64,000 nt of DNA from an uncultured Gemmatimonadales bacterium (lineage in GTDB: Bacteria; Gemmatimonadota; Gemmatimonadetes; Longimicrobiales; RSA9). The position numbers were made by a program, and so were the translations under genes. The DNA lies in contig OY970192.1 in assembly GCA_963708135.1 (NCBI GenBank), positions 2,592,001 through 2,656,000 of the forward strand, in the 5' to 3' direction. Positions 11,773 through 27,213 of this stretch are shown here, one piece after another. Under the pieces are notes generated by a model. The model searched no databases. It had not been told where the DNA came from and saw nothing but the letters and a program-made list of their open reading frames with translations. Numbering within the stretch: position 1 is the stretch's first letter; each line of letters begins with the position of its first letter.

Positions 11773-11890
11773 GGCCGGCGACGACGTACTCTCCCACCCG
11801 GTCTCCCGGGCAGTACCATCCGCGCGGCGGGGCTTAACGACCGTGTTCGGGATGGGAACGGGTGTGACCCCCGCGCCATTGCCGCCGACC
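11773..11890 (-). rRNA. rrf: 5S ribosomal RNA
   Basis: Minus strand has CACCCGTTCCCATCCCGAACACGG..GTTAAG..GATGGTACTG..GGGAGAGTA; the ends pair. Confidence 0.96.
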
Positions 11891-11967
11891 CGAGGCTTCG
11901 GGTCGAGCGGGTCTCGTAGTGCGCCCGGCGTGTGTGCCGAGCTGCAGCGCTCAAGTCCAACAGGAAC

Positions 11968-14969
<3,002 letters not shown>

Positions 14970-15086
14970 TGTTCCTCTCGGCCCCCACCAGCAGACACCC
15001 CCGCAGGAGCACCCGCCAGCTCGGCCAAAAACAACGGCCACACCTCGGCAACACACCTCTCAGCGCTCTACAAGACCCTCTCAACC

Positions 15087-15102
15087 CAAATTGTCAAACA
15101 GC
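15087..15102 (-). promoter_or_regulatory. BoxA-like antitermination element in the 23S leader
   Basis: Minus strand GCTGTTTGACAATTTG resembles rrn boxA (GCTCTTTAACAA). Confidence 0.55.
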
Positions 15103-15127
15103 GGGCGGCGCCGCGTTCGCGCCGAGC

Positions 15128-15161
15128 ATTATAAGGTAGTCGAGCACGCTGCTCTCGTCAA
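15128..15161 (-). promoter_or_regulatory. Sigma-70-type promoter for the 23S-5S unit
   Basis: TTGACG-N17-TACCTT, with an overlapping TATAAT just downstream, ~160 nt upstream of the 23S 5' end. Confidence 0.7.
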
Positions 15162-15459
15162 GGGAATCCCGCCGCCCGGGAGGCACCACCCGGCGCAGGG
15201 TGTGGAGGCCGATCCAGGCCCGGGCACCGCGAGCGCGGGATGGGCGATCAGCCGGCCACACGCGGCGCGCCAGGATCCGCGCCGGTACCGGCCGGCGAAT
15301 GCACCGGCGCGCATCCGAGAAGGCTTTGCCGGCGAGCCGAAGGATCTGCGCCGGGCGAGCCTACACGGCGGTGGGAGGCGCGGCGACGCTGGCATCATCC
15401 CGGCCATCCCGGTAGGCTTCCGGCCCGAGGCCAGGAGGTCACGCAGGAGGAGGGTGGAG

Positions 15460-16617
15460 ATGGACACGGCCAGGGTGAGCCGACGCGGAGCGGAACGCTG
15501 GCGCCGCGGACACCCCTGGATCTACCGGAGCGACGTGGTGGTCCCGCCCGCGGGCGAGGCGGGAGCGGTCCGGGTAGTCGATCCCGGGGGCGCCGTGATC
15601 GGCATGGCGCTCTGGAGTCCGGCCTCGACGATCTCGCTGCGGATGCTGACCGCGGTCGAGCGGCCGATCGACGCCGCGTTCTGGAGCGAGCGGATCGGGG
15701 CCGCGGCGGCGTACCGGGCGGCGCTTGCGCCGGATGCCACGGCCTACCGGGTGGCACACGCGGAGGCGGATGGGCTGCCCTCTCTGGTGGTGGACCGCTA
15801 CGGCGAGGTGCTGGTGGTCCAGCTACTCTCTGCGGGACTGGAGGCGTTCCGTGAAGAGGTGGTGGCGGCGCTCCGGGAGCGGCTCGAGCCGGCGGGGATC
15901 CTGGCGCGCAACGATGTTCCAGTGCGCACCTACGAGGAGCTCCCTCGCTCGGTCGAGCTGCTCTCCGGAACGGTTCCGGAGACGGTCGAGGTCCGCGAGC
16001 GCGACGTGCACTACCTGGCGGCACCCTGGTCGGGGCAGAAGACGGGCGCGTTCCTGGACCAGCGTGAGAACCGGGTGCGTGCCGGGTCGCTGGCGCGCGG
16101 ACGGGCGCTCGACTGCTTTGCCTATCACGGCTCGTTCGCCCTCCACCTGGCGCGCGCCGCCGACTCGGTGACGGCGGTGGACTCGTCGGCCGAGGCGCTA
16201 TCGCGCGCGCGGGAGAACGCGCACCTGAGCGGAACGGGAGCCGTCGAGCTGGTGGAGGCGAACGTCTTCGAGTTCCTGCGGGCGCAGGACGCTGCGGGCG
16301 CGCGCTACGAGATCATCGTACTCGATCCGCCGGCATTCGCGAAGCGCCGGGACACGGTGGAGCGTGCGCTGCGGGGCTACAAGGAGATCAACCTGCGTGC
16401 GCTGCGGCTGCTCTCGCCGGGCGGAGTGCTGTGCACCTTCAGCTGCTCGTACCACGTGGGGACGGCGGCTTTCCGGACGATGCTCGAGGCGGCGGCGGCG
16501 GACAGCGGGCGGCCGGTGCGCTGGATCGAGGAGCGGGGGCAGGCGCTGGATCATCCGGTCGTGCTCCAGATCCCGGAGAGCAGCTACCTCAAGGGAGCGG
16601 TCCTGCAGGGGGCGTAA
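15460..16617 (+). CDS. rlmI: RlmI/RlmK-family SAM-dependent rRNA methyltransferase (m5C1962-like)
   Basis: GHPWIYRSD PUA-like N-terminus, EADGLPSLVVDRY, GQKTGAFLDQRENR, LDCFAYHGSF, LDPPAF, FSCS and YLK motifs. Confidence 0.88.
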   Translation: MDTARVSRRGAERWRRGHPWIYRSDVVVPPAGEAGAVRVVDPGGAVIGMALWSPASTISLRMLTAVERPIDAAFWSERIGAAAAYRAALAPDATAYRVAHAEADGLPSLVVDRYGEVLVVQLLSAGLEAFREEVVAALRERLEPAGILARNDVPVRTYEELPRSVELLSGTVPETVEVRERDVHYLAAPWSGQKTGAFLDQRENRVRAGSLARGRALDCFAYHGSFALHLARAADSVTAVDSSAEALSRARENAHLSGTGAVELVEANVFEFLRAQDAAGARYEIIVLDPPAFAKRRDTVERALRGYKEINLRALRLLSPGGVLCTFSCSYHVGTAAFRTMLEAAAADSGRPVRWIEERGQALDHPVVLQIPESSYLKGAVLQGA

Positions 16618-16700
16618 GGGCACCGGGCCAGAGGCGGACGCGGGACGGGCTGTGCCCGGGCCGCGCCGGAGCGCCGGGAGCGAGCACCGGCGGCGGCGCC

Positions 16701-17516
16701 TCAGCCGACGCCGGCGTGAGCCAGCAGCTCGGGGACGTCCTCCTCGGTCACGAAGAACTCGCCCAGCCGGCCATGCCATTCGCCGTGCCAGTCGGAGCCG
16801 CCGGTCACGATGAGGCCGCGCCCGCGCGCCTCCGCCGTGAAGCCGGCCGCTTCGGCCGCGGTGTTCCGGGGGCGCAGGCACTCCACGCCGTCCAGGCCAT
16901 AGTTGACGAGATCGTCGAGCGCGTTCCCGAAGAGGTCGGCGGGAGGATGGGCCCACACCGCGAGGCCGCCCGCGCCGTGCAGGAGAGCGACGGCCGCCTC
17001 GGGCGTCAGCAGCGCCACCGGCAGGAAGCACGGAGCGGCATCGCCGATCCAGCGCTCGAACGCCTCGCCGAAGCTACGCACGTGGCCGCGCTCGACGAGC
17101 ACCCGCGCGAGATGGGCGCGGCCGACGTGCGCCTCGTCGTCGCCCGCCGCGGCGATGACCGCATCGAACCCGACGGAAACACCGACCCCCTCCAGGAGAT
17201 CGAGCATGCCGTGCATCCGTTCGATGCGCCGGATCCGGGCGCGCCGCGTGTAGGTGAGCAGGGCCGGGTCGGCGGGGTCCACGCAGTATCCCAGGATGTG
17301 GAGCTCGCGCCCGTCGAGCGTGCTGGAGAGCTCGATCGCCGGGATCAGCTCCACGCGTCCGACGGCGGCCGCCTGCGCCGCCGCCAGCCCGGTCACGGTG
17401 TCGTGATCGGAGATGGCGATGACGTCCAGTCCACCCGCGCGGGCGGCCGCCACCACGGCCGCGGGTGCGAGCGCCCCATCGGACGCGTTCGTGTGCAGGT
17501 GCAGGTCTATGTGCAC
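16701..17516 (-). CDS. PHP-domain metallophosphoesterase (TrpH/YciV-like)
   Basis: DLHLHTNASDG, ISDHD, ELHILGY, AHP and TGGSDWHG motifs. GTG start at 17516. Confidence 0.9.
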   Translation of the reverse strand: MHIDLHLHTNASDGALAPAAVVAAARAGGLDVIAISDHDTVTGLAAAQAAAVGRVELIPAIELSSTLDGRELHILGYCVDPADPALLTYTRRARIRRIERMHGMLDLLEGVGVSVGFDAVIAAAGDDEAHVGRAHLARVLVERGHVRSFGEAFERWIGDAAPCFLPVALLTPEAAVALLHGAGGLAVWAHPPADLFGNALDDLVNYGLDGVECLRPRNTAAEAAGFTAEARGRGLIVTGGSDWHGEWHGRLGEFFVTEEDVPELLAHAGVG

Positions 17517-17550
17517 GTTCTGGTCGGTCCCCCCACCACTCTTCCCGGGC

Positions 17551-18204
17551 TCAGCGCAGCGGTCCCCGGCCCAGGCCGAATGCGAGCCCGAACCCGACCG
17601 AGCCCGCGTCGCCGAGGGCCGCGCCCAGCCGGAAGGCGACATCGTTTCCAATGATCAGGTCCATCCCCAGATCCACCGTTCCCTGAAGCTCCGTGTGGCT
17701 GCTGCCCTCGCCGTGCCGAGCCGAGGCGACCGCGAGCGCGATGCGCGGATGGGCGTAGGGCAGAAGCCGGAAATCGTCTCCGGGACGGCCGATCCTGAGC
17801 CCCATGCTGACACCGACCGGCACGCGAAGCAAGGTCCAGTCGGCGGGGAAGATCGCGCCGGCACCAGCCGTCCAGGCCAGGTCGAGCGGCAGCCCCGTGG
17901 CGGCCCCGAGTGTCGCGATCGGAGCAGAGAGCCCGACGCCGATGAGCAGATCGTTCCGATCCAGGCCATCGACGTGCATGAGCCCGCCGCGCAGATCCAG
18001 GTTGACGGTGCTCGCCGGGGTCCGCCACATGGCGACGGCGCCCCAGTCGTATCCCTCATCCGGCTGCACGTAGTAGAAGCCGAGGTCGCGGGTGGCCCAG
18101 GGCGAGAGGAAGCTGGGGGAGTCCCACGCCTGGGCCAAGGCGCGGCCCGGCGCCAGCGCAAGGGCGGTGGCCATCCCGAGCAGGGCGAGGGTCGTCGGTT
18201 TCAT
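17551..18204 (-). CDS. Secreted protein, probable small outer-membrane beta-barrel
   Basis: Sec signal (MKPTTLALLG...ALA|QAW) and alternating hydrophobic, Gly-rich strands. Confidence 0.6.
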   Translation of the reverse strand: MKPTTLALLGMATALALAPGRALAQAWDSPSFLSPWATRDLGFYYVQPDEGYDWGAVAMWRTPASTVNLDLRGGLMHVDGLDRNDLLIGVGLSAPIATLGAATGLPLDLAWTAGAGAIFPADWTLLRVPVGVSMGLRIGRPGDDFRLLPYAHPRIALAVASARHGEGSSHTELQGTVDLGMDLIIGNDVAFRLGAALGDAGSVGFGLAFGLGRGPLR

Positions 18205-18257
18205 GATCCGATCCCGTGTTCCGGTTGAGCTCGTTGGCAGCGGAAACGCGGGGGGGC

Positions 18258-18273
18258 TGCAACAAGAAGGCCA
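18258..18273 (-). promoter_or_regulatory. Putative sigma-54 promoter for the beta-barrel/PHP genes
   Basis: Minus strand TGGCCTT-CTTG-TTGCA (GG-N10-GC), 54 nt upstream of the ATG. Confidence 0.6.
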
Positions 18274-18300
18274 GCCGGCGCTTACGCTACTCGCCGATTC

Positions 18301-18561
18301 TCAGTCCGGCTCCGCCCGCTCGCTCAGCACGGTCACGACATCGGCAGCGACCTGGAGGAACCCGCCCGAGACGAAGAAGCGCTGCTCGACGTCGCCTTGG
18401 CGGACCCGCAGATCCCCGCTGCCGAGCAGCGCGAGCAGCGGGGCATGGTGCGGCAGGATCCCCATCTCGCCATCCCACGCGGGCGCCACGACCATGTCGG
18501 CCTCGCCCTCGAAGATCGTGCGCTCGGGGCTGATCACGGAGACGCTCAGGCGGTCCGCCAT
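18301..18561 (-). CDS. atpC: F1 ATP synthase epsilon subunit, short form (86 aa)
   Basis: VISPER, GEMGILPHHAP and VSGGFLQV motifs. Stops right after the beta-sandwich. Confidence 0.93.
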   Translation of the reverse strand: MADRLSVSVISPERTIFEGEADMVVAPAWDGEMGILPHHAPLLALLGSGDLRVRQGDVEQRFFVSGGFLQVAADVVTVLSERAEPD

Positions 18562-18564
18562 GGC

Positions 18565-20022
<1,458 letters not shown>

Positions 20023-20892
20023 CTATTCCAGCGCCGCGGCGCCACCCACGATCTCGGCGATCTCCTGCGTGATCTGCCCCTGGCGCAGCCGGTTGTACTG
20101 GCGGCGCAGCGCGTCGATGATGTCGCCCGCGTTATCCGTGGCGCTCTTCATGGCCGTGCGCTGGGCGCCGTAGAAGCCGGCCACCGTCTCCACGAGCGCG
20201 CGGTAGATGGCATTGCGCACGTACAGCGGCAGCAGCCGGTTCAGGATCTCGTCCGCCGACGGCGAGAGAATGAGGTTCTGCACGGCGCCGCCCCCCTTCC
20301 CGCCCTCCGGCTCGGCGACCGGCAGCACGCGCACCACGCCGGGCGGCGTGGACATCGCCGAGCGGAACTGGGCATGGACGACGTAGACTGCATCCACCTC
20401 GCGGGACTCGAACCGGGACACCAGCGGCTCGATCAGCGCCGCAGCGTCCTCGGCGGACGGCCGGTCGCCGACGTCGGTTCGTGCGCTGGCGAGCGGCCGG
20501 CCGGAGAAGCGGAAGAAGCTGATGCCCTTGCGGCCGACGGCGTGCAGCTCCACGCCGACGCCCTCGCCCTCCAGGCGCTCGATGAGCGCGCGCGCCTCGC
20601 GGATCAGGTTCACGTTGAACGCGCCCGCCATGCCGCGGTCCGACGTCAGCAGCAGGATCGCCGCGCGGCGAACCTGCCGGGGCTGCCGCAGCAGCGGATA
20701 GCGCTCGCGCAGCTCCGGATCGAGCAGACGCCCGATCACCTGTGCGAGGCGCTCCGCGTAGGGCCGCGCCGCGTGGACCCGGTCGGTGGACCGCTTCAGC
20801 TTCGAGGTGGCCACCATCTCGAGGGTCTTCGTGATCTGGCGCGTCTTCTCGATGGAGCGAATGCGCCGGCGGAGCTCGCGGGTCTTGGCCAC
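20023..20892 (-). CDS. atpG: F1 ATP synthase gamma subunit
   Basis: QITKTLEMVATSK, TSDRGMAG and AMKSATDNA...RQGQITQEIAEIVGG motifs. Confidence 0.97.
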   Translation of the reverse strand: MAKTRELRRRIRSIEKTRQITKTLEMVATSKLKRSTDRVHAARPYAERLAQVIGRLLDPELRERYPLLRQPRQVRRAAILLLTSDRGMAGAFNVNLIREARALIERLEGEGVGVELHAVGRKGISFFRFSGRPLASARTDVGDRPSAEDAAALIEPLVSRFESREVDAVYVVHAQFRSAMSTPPGVVRVLPVAEPEGGKGGGAVQNLILSPSADEILNRLLPLYVRNAIYRALVETVAGFYGAQRTAMKSATDNAGDIIDALRRQYNRLRQGQITQEIAEIVGGAAALE

Positions 20893-22572
<1,680 letters not shown>

Positions 22573-22587
22573 AGTTCCGTTCGTCTC

Positions 22588-23151
22588 TCAGGCGTTTCGG
22601 GTGAGCGGCAGGGCCGCCGCCATGAGCTGTCGCCGCATGGACAGCAGGCGGCGCCGCAGGGACCCATCCATGACTCGGTCGCCGTAGCGGATGACGACCC
22701 CTCCCAGGATGTGTGGATTCACGCGCACGTGCGGCACGACCTTCTTTGCGAGGACGCGCGAGAGCTCGGCCGTCACATCCTCCTCCAGCCTCTCGTCGGG
22801 CTCGCGCGCGAACGTCACCTGCACGTGCACGCGACCGAGGTGCGCATCGAGCAGCGCGCCGTACGCGCGGCCGACCTGCAGCAGCAGGCGCTGGCGGCGC
22901 TTGTCGATCACGACCAGCACGAAGTTGAGGAACAGTGGCGGCACGCGGCCGCGCAGCGCCTCCGCCACCACCTGCTTCTTCGTCGCCGCCTCGACCTTCG
23001 GCGTCTCCAGGAAGACGCGGACGCGCGGCTCCCGCTCGAGCAGCTCGGAGAGCTCGCGGAACGCCGCGGCGAAGGGCTCCAGCGCGTCGTGGCGCAGGGC
23101 CAGCTCGAAGAGCGTCTCCGCGTAGCTCTCGGCAATCGTGGTGTCTCTCAC
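22588..23151 (-). CDS. atpH: ATP synthase delta subunit
   Basis: IAESYAETLF and ILGGVVIRYGDRVMDGSLRRRL motifs; expected operon position. Confidence 0.95.
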   Translation of the reverse strand: MRDTTIAESYAETLFELALRHDALEPFAAAFRELSELLEREPRVRVFLETPKVEAATKKQVVAEALRGRVPPLFLNFVLVVIDKRRQRLLLQVGRAYGALLDAHLGRVHVQVTFAREPDERLEEDVTAELSRVLAKKVVPHVRVNPHILGGVVIRYGDRVMDGSLRRRLLSMRRQLMAAALPLTRNA

Positions 23152-23152
23152 C

Positions 23153-23713
23153 TCAACTCGCCCCCGCTCCGTCCGCCGCCTCGACCCGGCTCAGGTACTC
23201 CTCCACGATACGCCGGTCGTCCTCGCTCCCGAGCCGCTTCTCGATCAGCCGCGACGCCGCCGCCAGCGAGAGCTCGACCGCCTCCCGGCGCAGGTCGTCG
23301 ATGGCCCGCTCCCGCTCCCGCTCGATGTCCTGGCGGGCTCGCTCCAGCATCTCCTCCTGCTGCCTGCGTGCCTGCTCCAGCATCTCCTGCCGCACGCGCT
23401 CCGCGTCCTGTCGGCCTTCGGCAATCAGCTGCTGTACCTGCTGGCGCGACTCCGCCAGCTGCCGCCGGTGGTCCGCGAGTACGCGCGCCGCCTCCTCCCG
23501 GTCCGCCGCCGCGGCCTCGAGGATCTCGCGGATCCGCCGCTCCCGAGCCTCCAGGGCGCCCAGGATCGGGCCCCAGGCATATCGGCCGAGAACGACGACG
23601 AGGGCCAGGAAGATGACGATCGTCCAGATCATCAACCCGCCGTTGATGGTGAAGAGGCCCCCGCTCGCCGCCGGCTCCGCGGCCTCCTGGAGCGCCATCG
23701 AGATCATGATCAT
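23153..23713 (-). CDS. atpF: Fo subunit b
   Basis: Single TM ending in YAWGPI, LEARERRI, then a long charged coiled coil. Confidence 0.95.
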   Translation of the reverse strand: MIMISMALQEAAEPAASGGLFTINGGLMIWTIVIFLALVVVLGRYAWGPILGALEARERRIREILEAAAADREEAARVLADHRRQLAESRQQVQQLIAEGRQDAERVRQEMLEQARRQQEEMLERARQDIERERERAIDDLRREAVELSLAAASRLIEKRLGSEDDRRIVEEYLSRVEAADGAGAS

Positions 23714-23790
23714 CCGCGTCCGTCCCTTGCCTCACGACCTTCGGCCGGACGCGGGGGCGACGACGCGCCCCCGCTCCGACCGCCGGCTCG

Positions 23791-24081
23791 TTAAAGGATC
23801 TTGTAGAGCAGCTCGATGACGAGTGCGAAGAGCGCAACGCCTTCCACCAGCGCCGCCAGGATGATCGCCGCCGTCTGGATCGTGCCCGCCGCCTCCGGCT
23901 GTCGCGCGATCCCTTCCGCCGCGCGGCCACCGATCAGCCCGATGCCGATGCCGCAGCCGATCACCGCGAGACCGGCGCCGATTCCCGCGCCGAGAATGGC
24001 GAGATTGTTCTTGGCGAACTCCACCGTGGGCGCCGTCGTCTGCGCCGCGCCCTGCAACATGGCCACCACGTTGTGCACCAT
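23791..24081 (-). CDS. atpE: Fo subunit c (H+-type motif)
   Basis: GxGxG stretch, RQPE loop and ion-binding Glu in LVEGVALF. No Na+-type Q..ES/T..Y motif. GGAGG RBS before the ATG at 24081. Confidence 0.95.
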   Translation of the reverse strand: MVHNVVAMLQGAAQTTAPTVEFAKNNLAILGAGIGAGLAVIGCGIGIGLIGGRAAEGIARQPEAAGTIQTAAIILAALVEGVALFALVIELLYKIL

Positions 24082-24291
24082 CTTCCCTCCAGGAGGTTCC
24101 CGGGATTCAGCACGCTGCGCCCTCCGCAGACGGCCGGGCTCCCACTCCCGGCGCCGCGGCCACCGCTTCCCCGCCCCGCGGGCGGCACGGCATTCTCCGG
24201 CCATCCGGCCGGATACGTTACGACGGGCGGCGCCTGGCGCCGGCCGCCCGAAGGCGCGCCTCCTCGGGGACGGGCGCGCTCGCCCCTTCCG

Positions 24292-25176
24292 CTAGTGCGC
24301 GTGCCGGATCAGCCCGATGAAGACCGACGTCAGCATCGCGAAAATGTAGGCCTGCAGGAACGCCACGAAGATCTCCAGCAGCATGATGGCGACCGCCATC
24401 AGGATCGGACCGACCACCGGCAGCACGAAATGCGCGATCGGTGCCGCGATGAAGATCAGCCCGATGAGCGACAGGATCACGAAATGCCCGGCGTTCATGT
24501 TCGCGAAGAGCCGGATCGCCAGCGCGAACGGCTTCGCGAACTTCCCCATGATCTCCACCGGCGTCATGATCACCAGCATGATCGCCTTGCCGGCGGGACC
24601 CATCCCCTCCGGCGCGAAGAAGATCGTCTTCGCGTAGCCTCGCGGCCCCAGCGCCCGAAACCCCGACACCTCGATCAGGATGAAGGACAGGATCGCCAGC
24701 GCAGCGGTCACCGACAGGTTCGCCGTCGCCGTCGCCCCCCACGGGAACAGGCCCAGCAGGTTCGCGAACAGGATGAAGAAGAACAGGGTCAACACGTACG
24801 GGACGTAGCGCTCTCCACCGTGCCCGATGTTCGCCAGCGCCACCTCGTCGCGGATGAAGATCACGAACGCCTCGAGCACGTTGGCCAGACCCCGTGGCGC
24901 CCGATGCGGCTGCTTCCGGTGCGTGACCTGCGCGGTCCAGATCATCACGACCGCCACCAGGACCGCCGCCAGGAGCAGGAACATCACGTGCTTCGTCGGC
25001 GAGAGGTCGAACGTCACCCCGCCAAAGTGCAGCGGCCGCCACCGCGGCAGATGCCAGACCGCCCCGCCCGGAAGCTCGATCTCGTGCGAGTCCGTGACGT
25101 GGTGCATGATCATCTCGCCTAGCGTCGGCTCCTTGCCGGACACCTGCTGCAGCAGCGCCAAAACCGAGAAGATCAT
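24292..25176 (-). CDS. atpB: Fo subunit a
   Basis: NLLGLFP, TATAN, KPFALAIRLFANM and LQAYIFAML motifs. Start MIFSVL at 25176. Confidence 0.96.
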   Translation of the reverse strand: MIFSVLALLQQVSGKEPTLGEMIMHHVTDSHEIELPGGAVWHLPRWRPLHFGGVTFDLSPTKHVMFLLLAAVLVAVVMIWTAQVTHRKQPHRAPRGLANVLEAFVIFIRDEVALANIGHGGERYVPYVLTLFFFILFANLLGLFPWGATATANLSVTAALAILSFILIEVSGFRALGPRGYAKTIFFAPEGMGPAGKAIMLVIMTPVEIMGKFAKPFALAIRLFANMNAGHFVILSLIGLIFIAAPIAHFVLPVVGPILMAVAIMLLEIFVAFLQAYIFAMLTSVFIGLIRHAH

Positions 25177-25538
25177 GACCCCTGTCGTTCCATCCGGAAG
25201 AACACCGGCTCCAGCAGCATCAGCCCGAACAGCGAGCCCGCGAGCGCGAGCAGCGCCGGCGCTGCCGGCACCGCCCTGGACCTCATCACCCAGAATCCCA
25301 CCACCCCGAGCAGCCCCAGCCGCACCACCGTGCCTCCCACCCACGCCGTCAGGAAGAGCCTGGTGTCGCGCCGCGCGGCACGCAGCAGAGCGAACGCCAC
25401 CAACTGCACCGCCCACGCGAGCACCGCCATCCACGCCACCGCGGCCCCCGCCGCCGCCCCAAGCAGCGGCCGTAGTCCCAGCACTACCACCGCCAGCAAC
25501 ACCGCCCCCACCGCCGCGTAGCCGCCCACGGCCCTCAT
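25173..25538 (-). CDS. atpI: ATP synthase protein I-like membrane protein (4 TM)
   Basis: Hydrophobic ~121-aa ORF (MRAVGGYAAV...EPVFFRMERQGS) with ATGA overlaps on both sides, directly upstream of atpB. Confidence 0.75.
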   Translation of the reverse strand: MRAVGGYAAVGAVLLAVVVLGLRPLLGAAAGAAVAWMAVLAWAVQLVAFALLRAARRDTRLFLTAWVGGTVVRLGLLGVVGFWVMRSRAVPAAPALLALAGSLFGLMLLEPVFFRMERQGS

Positions 25539-25816
25539 GGATGCTCCCCTTCCCCCTTGTCCCCCTTCCCCCCGCGCCGCTTCGGCTCCACGACGAGGTG
25601 GTAGTAGAGACTGTAGAATCCGGCGCCCGCACCCACGAACGCCCCCACGATCAGGAACAGCGGCAACGTCCCCAGCCAGCGATCCACCAGCCAACCGAGG
25701 AACAGGAACAGGGCCGTGCTCAACGCGAACGTCAGACCGTAGCCGAGGTATTCCGCCACGGGGGCGAGCGTCGCCTTCGACGATGGCCTCCCTGGCCGCT
25801 CGCCTGGTTTCGGCAC
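25535..25816 (-). CDS. atpZ: AtpZ/AtpI family protein
   Basis: GWLVDRWLGTLPLFLIVGAFVG signature; first gene of the atp operon. Confidence 0.85.
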   Translation of the reverse strand: MPKPGERPGRPSSKATLAPVAEYLGYGLTFALSTALFLFLGWLVDRWLGTLPLFLIVGAFVGAGAGFYSLYYHLVVEPKRRGGKGDKGEGEHP

Positions 25817-25852
25817 GCAACCTCCCGTCCAGGATCCACACGGCAGTCATGG

Positions 25853-25881
25853 AAGCTATGCGCTTGTGAATTTTTTCGCAA
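25853..25881 (-). promoter_or_regulatory. Sigma-70-type promoter of the atp operon
   Basis: Minus strand TTGCGA-N17-TAGCTT. Confidence 0.55.
25864..25881. promoter_or_regulatory. Rex-type operator palindrome
   Basis: TTGTGAA-TTTT-TTCGCAA is one mismatch from the Rex consensus TTGTGAA-N4-TTCACAA. It is AT-rich in a very GC-rich background. Confidence 0.7.
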
Positions 25882-25891
25882 GCGGGCCCGC

Positions 25892-25921
25892 TTGACGGCC
25901 GGAAAAGTCGGTCTCTATCTT
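25892..25921 (+). promoter_or_regulatory. Sigma-70-type promoter for the moxR operon
   Basis: TTGACG-N18-TATCTT. Confidence 0.5.
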
Positions 25922-26141
25922 GCGAAGCCGGGGCCACCCAACGACTTCTGGCCATGGAGGCCGCCGGGCTCGCGCGGGCGCGGTGGGCCGCGCGACCGCT
26001 CACGCGGGCGGCGGCGGGACCGGTGCGTGTGCGGCGGGGTAGCACGGCGGAAGCGGTTGCGGCAGGCCAGGGTGCGCGCGGACGGACGCGGCGCCCGCGG
26101 CGGATTTCGGACGACGGATCGGTGGGAGGGACCGCAAGGCA

Positions 26142-27170
26142 ATGGAAGCGACGGCGGCGCGGGCGACGGGCTCGGAGGGGGAGGAGGATCTTGCGCTCCT
26201 GGAGCAGCTGGCGAAGAGCCGGCGGGTGCTCGAGGCGGAGATCGCGAAGCGGGTGGTGGGGCAGCGGGAGATCGTGGAGGGGCTGCTGATCGCGTTGCTC
26301 GCGGATGGGCACGCGCTGCTGGTCGGCGTGCCGGGTCTGGCCAAGACGCTGCTGATCTCGACGCTGGCGGATACGCTGGACCTGGCGTTCAGCCGGATCC
26401 AGTTCACGCCGGACCTGATGCCGTCGGACATCACGGGCACGGAGGTACTGGAGGAAGACCGGTCCACGGGGAAGCGGGCGTTCCGATTCATCCGGGGCCC
26501 GATCTTCGCGAACGTGGTGCTGGCGGACGAGATCAACCGGACGCCGCCGAAGACGCAGGCGGCGCTGCTGCAAGCGATGCAGGAGCGTGCGGTGACGGTG
26601 GCGGGGGAGACGCTGTCGCTGGACCGGCCGTTCTTCGTTCTGGCGACGCAGAATCCGATCGAGCAGGAGGGCACGTATCCGCTGCCGGAGGCGCAGCTCG
26701 ACCGCTTCATGCTGGAGCTGCGGATCGGGTATCCGACGCGCGAGGAGGAGGAGCGGGTGGCGCAGCAGACGACGGGCTCGGCGACGGCGAACGTGCAGCC
26801 GGTGCTGAGCGGCGCGGAGCTGGTGCGGCTGCAGCGGCTGGTGCGGCGGGTACCCGCGCCGCCGTCGCTGGTGGGGTACGCGGTTCGCCTGGCACGCTCG
26901 ACGCGGCCCGAGGATGCGGAGGCGCCGGAGCCGATCCGGCGCTACGCCAGCTGGGGGGCCGGCCCCCGAGCCTCGCAGTACCTGGTGCTGGGGGCGAAGG
27001 CGCGGGCCGCCATGGATGGCCGGGGCGTGCCGAACCTCGAGGATGTGCGCGCGGTGGCGCCGGCGGTGCTGCGCCATCGGGTGGTGACCAACTTCCAGGC
27101 GGAAGCGGACGGGCGCGGCCCGGAGGACGTGGTCCAGGAGCTGATCCAGCTGAGCCGGGCATGGACGTAG
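26142..27170 (+). CDS. MoxR-family AAA+ ATPase
   Basis: GVPGLAKT, RIQFTPDLMPSD, LADEINRTPPKTQAALL and ATQNPIEQEGTYPLPEAQLDRF motifs. Confidence 0.95.
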   Translation: MEATAARATGSEGEEDLALLEQLAKSRRVLEAEIAKRVVGQREIVEGLLIALLADGHALLVGVPGLAKTLLISTLADTLDLAFSRIQFTPDLMPSDITGTEVLEEDRSTGKRAFRFIRGPIFANVVLADEINRTPPKTQAALLQAMQERAVTVAGETLSLDRPFFVLATQNPIEQEGTYPLPEAQLDRFMLELRIGYPTREEEERVAQQTTGSATANVQPVLSGAELVRLQRLVRRVPAPPSLVGYAVRLARSTRPEDAEAPEPIRRYASWGAGPRASQYLVLGAKARAAMDGRGVPNLEDVRAVAPAVLRHRVVTNFQAEADGRGPEDVVQELIQLSRAWT

Positions 27171-27213
27171 ACCGAAGACGCGACGAGCGGCGCTCGCCCA
27201 TCCGGGACGCGGC

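Noticed and set aside
23791..24081. Na+-translocating or N-type ATPase
   Set aside because: The c subunit lacks the Na+-binding Q/ES(T)/Y set, and gene order is the canonical atpZIBEFHAGDC.
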